Below the pieces are notes generated by a model. The model did not search any database. It worked only from the letters and a program-made list of their open reading frames with translations, and was not told where the DNA came from. Below, one piece after another: positions 9,907 to 18,235 of a stretch of 64,000 nucleotides of DNA. Each line of letters opens with the position of its first letter. The first letter of the stretch is position 1. Both the position numbers and the translations under genes were made by a program. Origin of the DNA: an uncultured Alphaproteobacteria bacterium (GTDB taxonomy: Bacteria > Pseudomonadota > Alphaproteobacteria > HIMB59); NCBI GenBank assembly GCA_902521485.1, contig CABYRQ010000002.1:6659-70658 (forward strand), written 5' to 3'.

Positions 9907-10848
9907 TTACTTCATGAAGAGATCGATTTGATCTCTGTTATTAGCAATATATGCAGTAGCTGCCTCTGCGTGAGTCATACCACCATTATCAACATAGTTA
10001 GCCATTTCACCAATGTTACCTGATGTAAATTCCATTTTTGTGTAGAACTTATATGCAGATGTATGAGTGATTGGGAACTTGATGTGTGCTGCTTTTTTTA
10101 ACCAACCAATTGGTGAACCACAACCAGTTGTCTCAACAGAACCGCCGTCTTCAATTCTACAACCTTGGTAGAAAGGTGGGAATTCAATAAATACAAATCC
10201 CTCAGCATCAGTAAAGTTTGGTGTCCAGTTAAATATCACTGTTCCTCTACCTTCTTTTTTTGCAGCTGCTAGTTCTGCCCATAGTGCATCAGCACTACCA
10301 GCAAACTTAACCATCCACTGATCATCTAAGCCAAGACCTTTTAGTCTGTTAGGCATCACATCAGTGTGCCATTCATAAGGACCCTCTAGCCATCTACCTT
10401 TACCTTCAGAGTCAGGTGTAGCAAAGTTAGCTTGACACTCAGGAGATTTTAAAGCTTCCCAATTTGGAAGACCTGGACATAAATTTTCATCAATAACCCA
10501 TTGTGGAACACCCATATCTTCAAGAGTTGGAGCTAAGTGTGAACCAGCATCGATTAAACCACCTTTATCCATAGCTTCATAAAATGGTTTAGCCATAGTT
10601 GACTGCCATGTTTCATGAGCAACGTGAAGCTCACCTACTCTGACAGCTTCATATCTTGTTGCTGACTCAGCAGGGACTAATTCAACATCATAACCAAGCT
10701 CTTCAAAAGCTTGTGCCATAACGTTAGCCATAACGATTTGGCTTGACCAGTTTAAAACTGGAATTCTAATCGGGTCTGCCGCTTTTGCTACAGTTGTAAA
10801 ACCAGCAAACAGGACTAGAGCGTAAAATAATGAAATAAATTTTTTCAT
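9907..10848 (-). CDS. tmoX: TMAO-binding periplasmic protein
   Basis: Signal peptide; DPIRIPVLNWSSQIVMANV, CPGLPNWEALK, FNWTPNF; GGAGGAG RBS; operon with tdm. Confidence 0.87.
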   Translation of the reverse strand: MKKFISLFYALVLFAGFTTVAKAADPIRIPVLNWSSQIVMANVMAQAFEELGYDVELVPAESATRYEAVRVGELHVAHETWQSTMAKPFYEAMDKGGLIDAGSHLAPTLEDMGVPQWVIDENLCPGLPNWEALKSPECQANFATPDSEGKGRWLEGPYEWHTDVMPNRLKGLGLDDQWMVKFAGSADALWAELAAAKKEGRGTVIFNWTPNFTDAEGFVFIEFPPFYQGCRIEDGGSVETTGCGSPIGWLKKAAHIKFPITHTSAYKFYTKMEFTSGNIGEMANYVDNGGMTHAEAATAYIANNRDQIDLFMK

Positions 10849-10920
10849 TTACTCCTCCTATATCTATTATAATAGTAGAAGTAATATAGGGCATAAGACA
10901 ACAAGGTTGAAGCCTTAAAA

Positions 10921-10938
10921 TCCATAATATGAAACAAC
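10921..10938. promoter_or_regulatory. Second copy of the operator candidate, upstream of tmoX
   Basis: Exact match to 1588-1605. Confidence 0.6.
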
Positions 10939-12017
10939 TAGTCTTTAAAAAAAACCAAAAAATCAACAAAAAAATGATTTTTGTGAGTAAAGAAAATCTG
11001 TCGCATAATTACAGGCAAATCAATAAGTTTTCAGGTAATTCAAAAATTATAAGCGTAATAAAAGGTGATGGCTATGGGCACGGCCTTTTGGAATGTTGCA
11101 AAATATTAAAAACGAATAAATGTAAAGATTTTTATGTTGCCAGGTTAGATGATGCTATCAAACTGAGAGAAAATTTTAAAAATATAAATATCTACCTGTT
11201 ATCAGGTGTGATTTCAAATAATGATTTAAAAGAAATAAAAAAATATAAAATAATTCCTATTATTAATAATGTCGATCAATTATCCTTATTAAAAACTTCA
11301 CAAAAACTTAAGTACGTTTTGCATATTGATACAGGAATGAACCGTCTTGGATTGCAGTCAAGCGAACTTGAGAAATATTCAAATTTAATCGATAAAAAGA
11401 ATATTATTTTTTTAATGTCTCACCTATCTTCTGCAGATGATTTAAAAAAAAATCAGTCAAGTAAACAATTAAATAAACTTATTGACGTAAATAAAAATTT
11501 TAATTTACCTTTAAGCATAGCTAATTCATCTGGAATTTTTTTAGGAAAGCGATATCATTTAAATTATGTAAGACCTGGAAAAAGTCTATACGGAATTAAT
11601 CCTTTCTATAAAAAAAGATTTAACTTAAGACAGGTTATGAGTATTTACTCACCTATATTACAAGTTCAAAATGTCAGAAAAGGAAATTCAATTGGCTACA
11701 GCCAAACTTATAAACTTAAAAGAGACTTAAAAGTTGCAACAATAGATTTTGGTTACTCTGATGGATTTCTTAGAAGCGGAAGTAACAAAGCATCTGTTTA
11801 TATAGATAAATTTCAATGCAGAATTTTAGGAAAAGTTTCAATGGACTTGATCACGATTGATGTGTCTAAAGTTCCCAATAACAAATTGTATCTGGGCAAA
11901 CCTGTCGAAATAATTGGAAGTAATCAACGATATGAGAGAATTGCATACAAAACTGGGACTAATGAACACGAGATTTTAATTTCTTTAGGCAGGAACTTAA
12001 GAAAAGTATATATATAA
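10929..12017 (+). CDS. alr: Alanine racemase (start may be ATG 10974)
   Basis: VIKGDGYGHG PLP-lysine motif, HIDTGMNRLG, MSHLSSAD, IGYS, GKVSMD. Confidence 0.9.
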   Translation: MKQLVFKKNQKINKKMIFVSKENLSHNYRQINKFSGNSKIISVIKGDGYGHGLLECCKILKTNKCKDFYVARLDDAIKLRENFKNINIYLLSGVISNNDLKEIKKYKIIPIINNVDQLSLLKTSQKLKYVLHIDTGMNRLGLQSSELEKYSNLIDKKNIIFLMSHLSSADDLKKNQSSKQLNKLIDVNKNFNLPLSIANSSGIFLGKRYHLNYVRPGKSLYGINPFYKKRFNLRQVMSIYSPILQVQNVRKGNSIGYSQTYKLKRDLKVATIDFGYSDGFLRSGSNKASVYIDKFQCRILGKVSMDLITIDVSKVPNNKLYLGKPVEIIGSNQRYERIAYKTGTNEHEILISLGRNLRKVYI

Positions 12018-12020
12018 GTC

Positions 12021-13784
12021 ATGTACGAAGCTCCAATTAAAGATTTAAATTTTGTAATTAAAAATCTAATAGATTTAGGCAAACTAAATAAAGTTAGTGA
12101 TTATTCTGAATTTTCTGATGATTTAGTTGAAGCTGTTCTTGAAGAGGCAGGAAAAATAGCTTCTGAAGTGTTAGACCCTTGTAACCTTTCAGGAGACCAT
12201 GAGGGCTCAAAAAGACTCGATACTGGTGAAGTCGTAACTCCTAAAGGCTACAAAGAGGCTTATGAGAGTTTAAGAGATGGTGGGTGGTTTGGCTTAGAGG
12301 CCAAAGAAAAATTTGGTGGCCAACAGATACCAGTAACTTTATCTGCCGCTGTTAATGAGATTTGGCATAGTTCTAATATGTCATTGGCACTTTGCCACCT
12401 ATTAACACAAGGTTTGATATATGCTTTACAAAAATCAGCATCAGAGGATCAAAAAAGCTTTTATATACCAAAATTAGCATCAGGTCATTGGACAGGTACA
12501 ATGAATTTAACTGAACCACAATCCGGAACAGACCTGTCTACGATTAAAACTAAAGCCATAAAAGAAAATGGTCATTATAAAATTTATGGACAAAAAATTT
12601 ATATTACCTATGGGGAGCATGATTTATCTGAGAATATTATTCATTTGGTTTTAGCCAGAACACCTGAAGCGCCAGAGGGTAATAAAGGTATTTCTGTTTT
12701 TCTTGTTCCTAAATTTATTCCAAATGATGACGGCAGTATTGGCAAGAAAAATGATGTAACCTGTTTGTCTATTGAAAAAAAACTTGGTGTTAAAGGTTCT
12801 CCTACTGCAGTTTTACAGTTTGGTGAAAAGGATGGAGCAATTGGTTATTTAGTTGGAGAAGAAAATCAGGGTTTAAATATAATGTTCGAAATGATGAACC
12901 ATGCAAGGTTCTCAGTTGGAGTTCAGGGACTTGCTGTTTCTGAAAGAGCTTATCAACAATCTAAAATGTATGCCTTTGATAGAGTTCAAGGAGTTCCGAT
13001 TGATGGTCAGAAAGGTGATCCTATTATTCATCACCCAGATGTGCTTCGATTATCCTCGACTATGAAATCAGAAATCGAAGCTATGAGAGCTCTTGCAATT
13101 TATGGAGCTTTTGCTTTGGATATGACTAAGTCAGAAGAGAGTGAATATTGGGAAACAAAATCATCTTTAATGATACCTATTATTAAAGGGTGGTTGACTG
13201 AAAGATCACTAGAGATTACATCAAACGCTATTCAAATTCATGGTGGAATGGGCTTTATTGAAGAAACAGGAATCGCACAACATTATAGAGATGCTAGAAT
13301 TCTCCCTATATATGAGGGCACCACTGCAATTCAAGCAAATGATTTAGTTTTTAGGAAGACGCTTCGAGACAATGGTAAAAGCATATTAGAATTAATTGAT
13401 GAAATTAAAACTGATACAGAAGCATCAGCGAGTTCAGATCGATTACAAGAGTTATGTAAAAAAATGAATAGTTCAATTGACTCTGCGAAAAAAGTTGTTG
13501 AGCACATTGTTTCTACATCTAACAATAAAAAAAGACCTGCTGTATCGAGTGTTAATTATTTAATGATGTTAGGTTATATTTTTGGAGGTTGGATGATGAT
13601 TAAAACTGCCAAAAAATCACTTGAATTAAAAGATAAAGGTGAAGTTGATAATGAATTTCTGGATGCAAAAATAGCTACATCAAGTATTTATGTATCAAGT
13701 ATTTTGCCAAAAATTGATAGTTTAGCCTCCATAATTTTACATGGTGATGAAGATGTTTTAGCTATGAAACATCAATGGTTGTAA
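12021..13784 (+). CDS. Long-type acyl-CoA dehydrogenase (DmdC/FadE-like)
   Basis: GTMNLTEPQSGTDL, GQKIYITYGEHD, QIHGGMGFIEETG, RILPIYEGTTAIQA; next to ETF genes. Confidence 0.9.
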   Translation: MYEAPIKDLNFVIKNLIDLGKLNKVSDYSEFSDDLVEAVLEEAGKIASEVLDPCNLSGDHEGSKRLDTGEVVTPKGYKEAYESLRDGGWFGLEAKEKFGGQQIPVTLSAAVNEIWHSSNMSLALCHLLTQGLIYALQKSASEDQKSFYIPKLASGHWTGTMNLTEPQSGTDLSTIKTKAIKENGHYKIYGQKIYITYGEHDLSENIIHLVLARTPEAPEGNKGISVFLVPKFIPNDDGSIGKKNDVTCLSIEKKLGVKGSPTAVLQFGEKDGAIGYLVGEENQGLNIMFEMMNHARFSVGVQGLAVSERAYQQSKMYAFDRVQGVPIDGQKGDPIIHHPDVLRLSSTMKSEIEAMRALAIYGAFALDMTKSEESEYWETKSSLMIPIIKGWLTERSLEITSNAIQIHGGMGFIEETGIAQHYRDARILPIYEGTTAIQANDLVFRKTLRDNGKSILELIDEIKTDTEASASSDRLQELCKKMNSSIDSAKKVVEHIVSTSNNKKRPAVSSVNYLMMLGYIFGGWMMIKTAKKSLELKDKGEVDNEFLDAKIATSSIYVSSILPKIDSLASIILHGDEDVLAMKHQWL

Positions 13785-13785
13785 T

Positions 13786-14277
13786 TTGGAAAAATTTAAA
13801 AATAAATTAAGTAATTTTTTTAGTTGGCTTTCAAAGGCAGAATTAGTTGAGCTAGACTCAGTGGATACTAGCGAAGATCCGATCAGACCAGACATTGACA
13901 ATGAATTTCGCACCTCGTATGGCCGCAAGATTTATGGATTAAAATCTAATGAAGATGTAGAAGGTTTTATTTGTCTAGCATTCTGTAACGATGTACCACA
14001 AACAATGAAAGAATTAGACTTAATGAGCAAAAATGCTTTTCATGAAAAAAACGCAAACATTGCTGTAGCCTATACTGTTTGGTCAAGAAAAAGAGGAGCA
14101 GGTAAACAAACTATTTTTACAACAAAAAAGCTTGTTAAAGATGAGATGAAAAATATAGATCGCTTTATCACACTTTCTCCTTTGACACCTATTGCAACAC
14201 ATTTTCATATAAAGCATGGTGCTAAATTAGTAAATATCAATGCAACTTCGCAAAACTTTGAATACGACTTTAATTAG
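13786..14277 (+). CDS. Hypothetical protein resembling a minimal malonyl-CoA decarboxylase/GNAT-fold domain
   Basis: TTG start 1 nt after the dehydrogenase stop; AVAYTVWS, FITLSP, PIATHFHIKHGA, NFEY motifs. Confidence 0.6.
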   Translation: MEKFKNKLSNFFSWLSKAELVELDSVDTSEDPIRPDIDNEFRTSYGRKIYGLKSNEDVEGFICLAFCNDVPQTMKELDLMSKNAFHEKNANIAVAYTVWSRKRGAGKQTIFTTKKLVKDEMKNIDRFITLSPLTPIATHFHIKHGAKLVNINATSQNFEYDFN

Positions 14278-15911
14278 GTCCCAGAGTAAATAGGTCCACC
14301 CCCACCCTCAGGAGTTACCCACTCAATATTTTGAGAAGGTTCTTTAATATCGCATGTCTTACAATGAATACAATTTTGAGAATTAATTTTTAAAACTTTT
14401 TTCTGGAGGTCATTATCAAATTCAACTTCATACACACCTGCGGGGCAATACCTTTGGGCAGGTTCGTCGTATTTTTCAATAGTAAAATTAGTTGAAAGAT
14501 CTTTATCATTAAGTAACAAATGGTTAGGTTGATCATCTGCGTGATTAGTTCCTGATAGATAAACTGAACTGGGTTTATCAAAAGTAATAACACCATCATA
14601 TTTAGGATAGGTAATTTTTTTTGCTTTTTTAGCTGGGATCAAAGATTCATGATCAGCGTGCTTATGTTGAAGGGTAAAAGGAAGTTTACCTCCAAATATT
14701 TTTTGATCTAATCCAGTAAAAATCATTGCAGGTATCAGGCCCCATTGAAAACTGGGCTTTACATTTCTTGCTTTGTATAATTCCTCATATACCCATGAGT
14801 TTTTGAATTTTGACTCATACTCTGACAGTTCTTTATTGCTATTTATGTGATCATTGATGACTTCTGCAGCAATTATTCCACTTTTCATTGCGGTATGTGA
14901 TCCTTTAATTTTTGGCATATTTAGAGTGCCTGCATCACATCCTATCAATAATGCCCCAGGCATATACATTTGTGGAAGGCTCTGCAATCCTCCCTCTATT
15001 AGAGCTCTTGCTCCATAAGAAATTCTTTTACCACCTTCTAATAATTTTTTGATATCAGGGTGAGTTTTAAACTGTTGAAATTCATCATAAGGAGAAAGGT
15101 ATGGATTCTTATAATCCAAACCGATTACGTAACCTAGGTATATTTGATTATTTTCAGCATGGTAACAAAAACTACCTCCATATGTATCACTTTCAAGAGG
15201 CCATCCCACACTATGTGAAACTTTACCAAGTTGGTGATTTTCAGAGTTGATCTCCCAAATTTCTTTAAATCCTATACCGTATTGTTGAGGAGATTTGTTG
15301 TTGGAGTCTAAATTAAATTTTTTAAGAACCTCTTTTCCCAGGTGACCTCTACATCCCTCTGATAAAACTGTAACTTTACCTTTAATATTAATCCCAGGTT
15401 CATAATTATCTTTAGGTTTAAAATTTTTGTCTAAACCCATATCACCTGTTTGAACACCAATAACCTTTTGATCGTTATCATAAAGTAATTTACTAGCTGC
15501 GAATCCTGGAAAGATCTCTACTCCTAAGTTTTCGGCAAATTCACCTAACCATTTGCAAAGATTAGATAAGCTAATAATGTAGTTTCCATGATTTTTTAAA
15601 ACATTTGGTAAAAAAAGGTTTGGCACCTTCATACTTTTAGTTTTTGTATAAAATAAAAAATCTTCTGATGTTACTGATGTATTGATTGGACTATTAAGTA
15701 CTTTCCAATTTGGAATGAGTTCATCTAAAGCCTTAGTTTCAAAAACATTACCACTTAAAATATGAGCACCGACTTCAGATGCTTTTTCTAGTACACAAAT
15801 AGACAAATTCGTATCGAGTTGTTTTAGTTTAATTGCTGTTGATAAACCAGCTGGACCAGCTCCAACTATTACTACATCGTAATTTAATTCTTCTCTCTGC
15901 ACTTCGCTCAT
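14274..15911 (-). CDS. ETF-ubiquinone oxidoreductase
   Basis: VGAGPAGL, GAHILSG, KIKGSHTAMKSG, RYCPAGVYE, NCIHCKTCDIKEP Fe-S motif. Confidence 0.95.
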   Translation of the reverse strand: MSEVQREELNYDVVIVGAGPAGLSTAIKLKQLDTNLSICVLEKASEVGAHILSGNVFETKALDELIPNWKVLNSPINTSVTSEDFLFYTKTKSMKVPNLFLPNVLKNHGNYIISLSNLCKWLGEFAENLGVEIFPGFAASKLLYDNDQKVIGVQTGDMGLDKNFKPKDNYEPGINIKGKVTVLSEGCRGHLGKEVLKKFNLDSNNKSPQQYGIGFKEIWEINSENHQLGKVSHSVGWPLESDTYGGSFCYHAENNQIYLGYVIGLDYKNPYLSPYDEFQQFKTHPDIKKLLEGGKRISYGARALIEGGLQSLPQMYMPGALLIGCDAGTLNMPKIKGSHTAMKSGIIAAEVINDHINSNKELSEYESKFKNSWVYEELYKARNVKPSFQWGLIPAMIFTGLDQKIFGGKLPFTLQHKHADHESLIPAKKAKKITYPKYDGVITFDKPSSVYLSGTNHADDQPNHLLLNDKDLSTNFTIEKYDEPAQRYCPAGVYEVEFDNDLQKKVLKINSQNCIHCKTCDIKEPSQNIEWVTPEGGGGPIYSGT

Positions 15912-15933
15912 AATGTTGATTATATATTAAATA

Positions 15934-16887
15934 TTACGATTCTATCTGATTAAGTAGATCTAACTCTTTAATAATTTCAGGTATTGCTTGAAATAAATCA
16001 GAAGAAAGTCCGTAGTCAGCTATATTAAATATCGGTGCCTCTAAATCCTTATTAATAGCGACTATGACTTTACTTTCTTTCATACCCGCTAAATGCTGTA
16101 TTGCACCGGATATACCTACGGCAATATAAAGCTCAGGAGCAACCATTTTACCAGTTTGACCAACTTGATATTCATTGCCAATGTATCCTGAGTCAACAGC
16201 AGCCCTCGAAGCTCCAACAGCAGCATTAAGTTTATCAGCTAAATCATATAATAATTTAAAATTATCAGAGTTTTCAAGTCCTCTACCACCAGATACAACT
16301 ACCCGAGCATTACCCAATTCAGGTCTGTCACTCTTTGATACTTCTCTACTTACAAATGTTGTTTTAACCTCTGAGTCGATGAAAGAAATATTTTCTACAG
16401 CAGCATCACCCCCTGTTTCTTCACATTTTTCAAAAGAAGTGGGTCTGACAGTCATTAAATTAATTTTTTGATCAGTCTGAACATAAGAAATAGCGTTTCC
16501 CGCATAAATAGGTCTGATAAAAGTATCTTGGGACTCTATACCTATGATATCGCTTATTTGTGTGATATCTAACAGAGCAGATACTCTAGGTAGCAGATTT
16601 TTTCCAAATGTACTAGAAGGTGCTAAAATGTGTGAATAGTTTTCAGCTAAATTAGAAATTATAGGAGATGATAATTCTGGTATTTGATTTTCTAATTTCT
16701 CATGATCACAAATAATTACTTTTTTAACTAACTGTATTGATTTTGAACTTTTAGCAAGATCTTCAATTTTATTACCTAAAATTAAAAGATGAATATCTTC
16801 GCTTAATTTTTTGGCAGCACTAATAGTATTAAGAGTTGATGATTTTAAATTTTTGTTATCATGCTCCGCTACTACAAGTACAGACAT
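15934..16887 (-). CDS. etfA: Electron transfer flavoprotein alpha subunit
   Basis: [39 protein letters not shown]. Confidence 0.96.
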   Translation of the reverse strand: MSVLVVAEHDNKNLKSSTLNTISAAKKLSEDIHLLILGNKIEDLAKSSKSIQLVKKVIICDHEKLENQIPELSSPIISNLAENYSHILAPSSTFGKNLLPRVSALLDITQISDIIGIESQDTFIRPIYAGNAISYVQTDQKINLMTVRPTSFEKCEETGGDAAVENISFIDSEVKTTFVSREVSKSDRPELGNARVVVSGGRGLENSDNFKLLYDLADKLNAAVGASRAAVDSGYIGNEYQVGQTGKMVAPELYIAVGISGAIQHLAGMKESKVIVAINKDLEAPIFNIADYGLSSDLFQAIPEIIKELDLLNQIES

Positions 16888-17637
16888 TTAAATTACTTTT
16901 GCCTCGTATTTTAGTTTTTGAACCAATTCTTTAACATCATTGACCATAATCCCTGCTTTTCTTTTTGGGGGCTCAATTACTTTTAAAGTTTTAATTTTTG
17001 ATGATGTATCAATTCCAAGAGTGTCAATATCAATTGTCTCAAGAGGTTTTTTTTTAGCCTTCATTATATTTGGAAGAGAGGCAAACCTTGGTGTGTTTAA
17101 TCTTAAATCACATGTTAAAACAGCTGGAAGTGAAGTTTCTAGGTTTTCAATACCTTCATCTATCTCCCTTGATATAAAAACTTTATTATTTTCAATTTTT
17201 AAATTTGAAATAAAACATCCTTGTGGCCAATTTAATAATGCAGATAAAATCTGACCTGTTTGATTTGAATCATCATCGATAGCTTGTTTACCCATTAAAA
17301 CGAGATCTGGTTTTTCTTTATCAATTATTATTTTTAGTGTTTTAGCAACTGCTAATGGCTCTAATGTGTTTTGACTTTTGACCAATATAGATCTATCAAT
17401 TCCCATAGCCATGGATGTTCTTAAAACATCTTGGGATTTATCATCTCCAATAGATACAGATATTATCTCATTCGCAAGACCCTGTTCCTTAAGCTTTACT
17501 GCCTCTTCAATGGCATTTTCATCTGGTGGATTAACAGACATTTTAACATTTTGTGTTTCTACTCCACTATTGTCGCTTTTTACTCTAATCTGCACTTTGT
17601 AATCAACGACTCTTTTGACAGCAACTAAAACTTTCAT
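16888..17637 (-). CDS. etfB: Electron transfer flavoprotein beta subunit
   Basis: MKVLVAVKRVVDY (start set at ATG 17637), GKQAIDDDSNQTG, DLRLNTPRFASLPNIMKAKKK. Confidence 0.95.
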   Translation of the reverse strand: MKVLVAVKRVVDYKVQIRVKSDNSGVETQNVKMSVNPPDENAIEEAVKLKEQGLANEIISVSIGDDKSQDVLRTSMAMGIDRSILVKSQNTLEPLAVAKTLKIIIDKEKPDLVLMGKQAIDDDSNQTGQILSALLNWPQGCFISNLKIENNKVFISREIDEGIENLETSLPAVLTCDLRLNTPRFASLPNIMKAKKKPLETIDIDTLGIDTSSKIKTLKVIEPPKRKAGIMVNDVKELVQKLKYEAKVI

Positions 17638-17689
17638 TTGAATTTCAATAAAATAAACTAAGTTAAACAACTTACAAGATCCAAAAACT

Positions 17690-18235
17690 ATGACAAATAT
17701 TAAGAGGAGGAAGATTTATAAAAATATTTATGAATTATTTATTAAATATACTAATAAACTTGATTTTAAAGAGATAAGAGAAAACTACATTTATAATGGA
17801 AATAGTGTCTCAGCTATTTGTTTTAACAAACAAGATCAAGTTTTTTATTTCATAAGACAGATGAGACCAAATTATTTTTTTAATAAATTTTCACCCTACC
17901 CTCTAGAAATAGTAGCAGGTGGGATTAAAAATAAAGAGTCAAGTAGACAGGCGATTATTAGAGAAATCAAAGAGGAACTTGGAGTCAAACCTATTTCGGT
18001 AAAAAAGTTGGAGTCACTCATTATTGCTCCAGATATTTTAGAAGAAATTACTGATATATATCTTGCATACGTACCTAGAATTACAAACTTTAAAATTATA
18101 AATCCTAATGAGGGAGAATATATAAAGATAATCCCGATGAAAAAAAAACAAATTTTAGAAATTTTAAAAACAAATAAAACACAAAATATTGTTACAAAAT
18201 ACGCTTTTTTAAAAATAAAAGAGCTTAAGATTTAA
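17690..18235 (+). CDS. Nudix hydrolase (ADP-sugar pyrophosphatase-like)
   Basis: Complete Nudix box GGIKNKESSRQAIIREIKEELGV; upstream IRQMRP. Confidence 0.82.
   Translation: MTNIKRRKIYKNIYELFIKYTNKLDFKEIRENYIYNGNSVSAICFNKQDQVFYFIRQMRPNYFFNKFSPYPLEIVAGGIKNKESSRQAIIREIKEELGVKPISVKKLESLIIAPDILEEITDIYLAYVPRITNFKIINPNEGEYIKIIPMKKKQILEILKTNKTQNIVTKYAFLKIKELKI

Noticed and set aside
12021-13784. Specific call as dmdC
   Set aside because: The family is consistent but substrate cannot be assigned from motifs, and no dmdB/dmdD is adjacent
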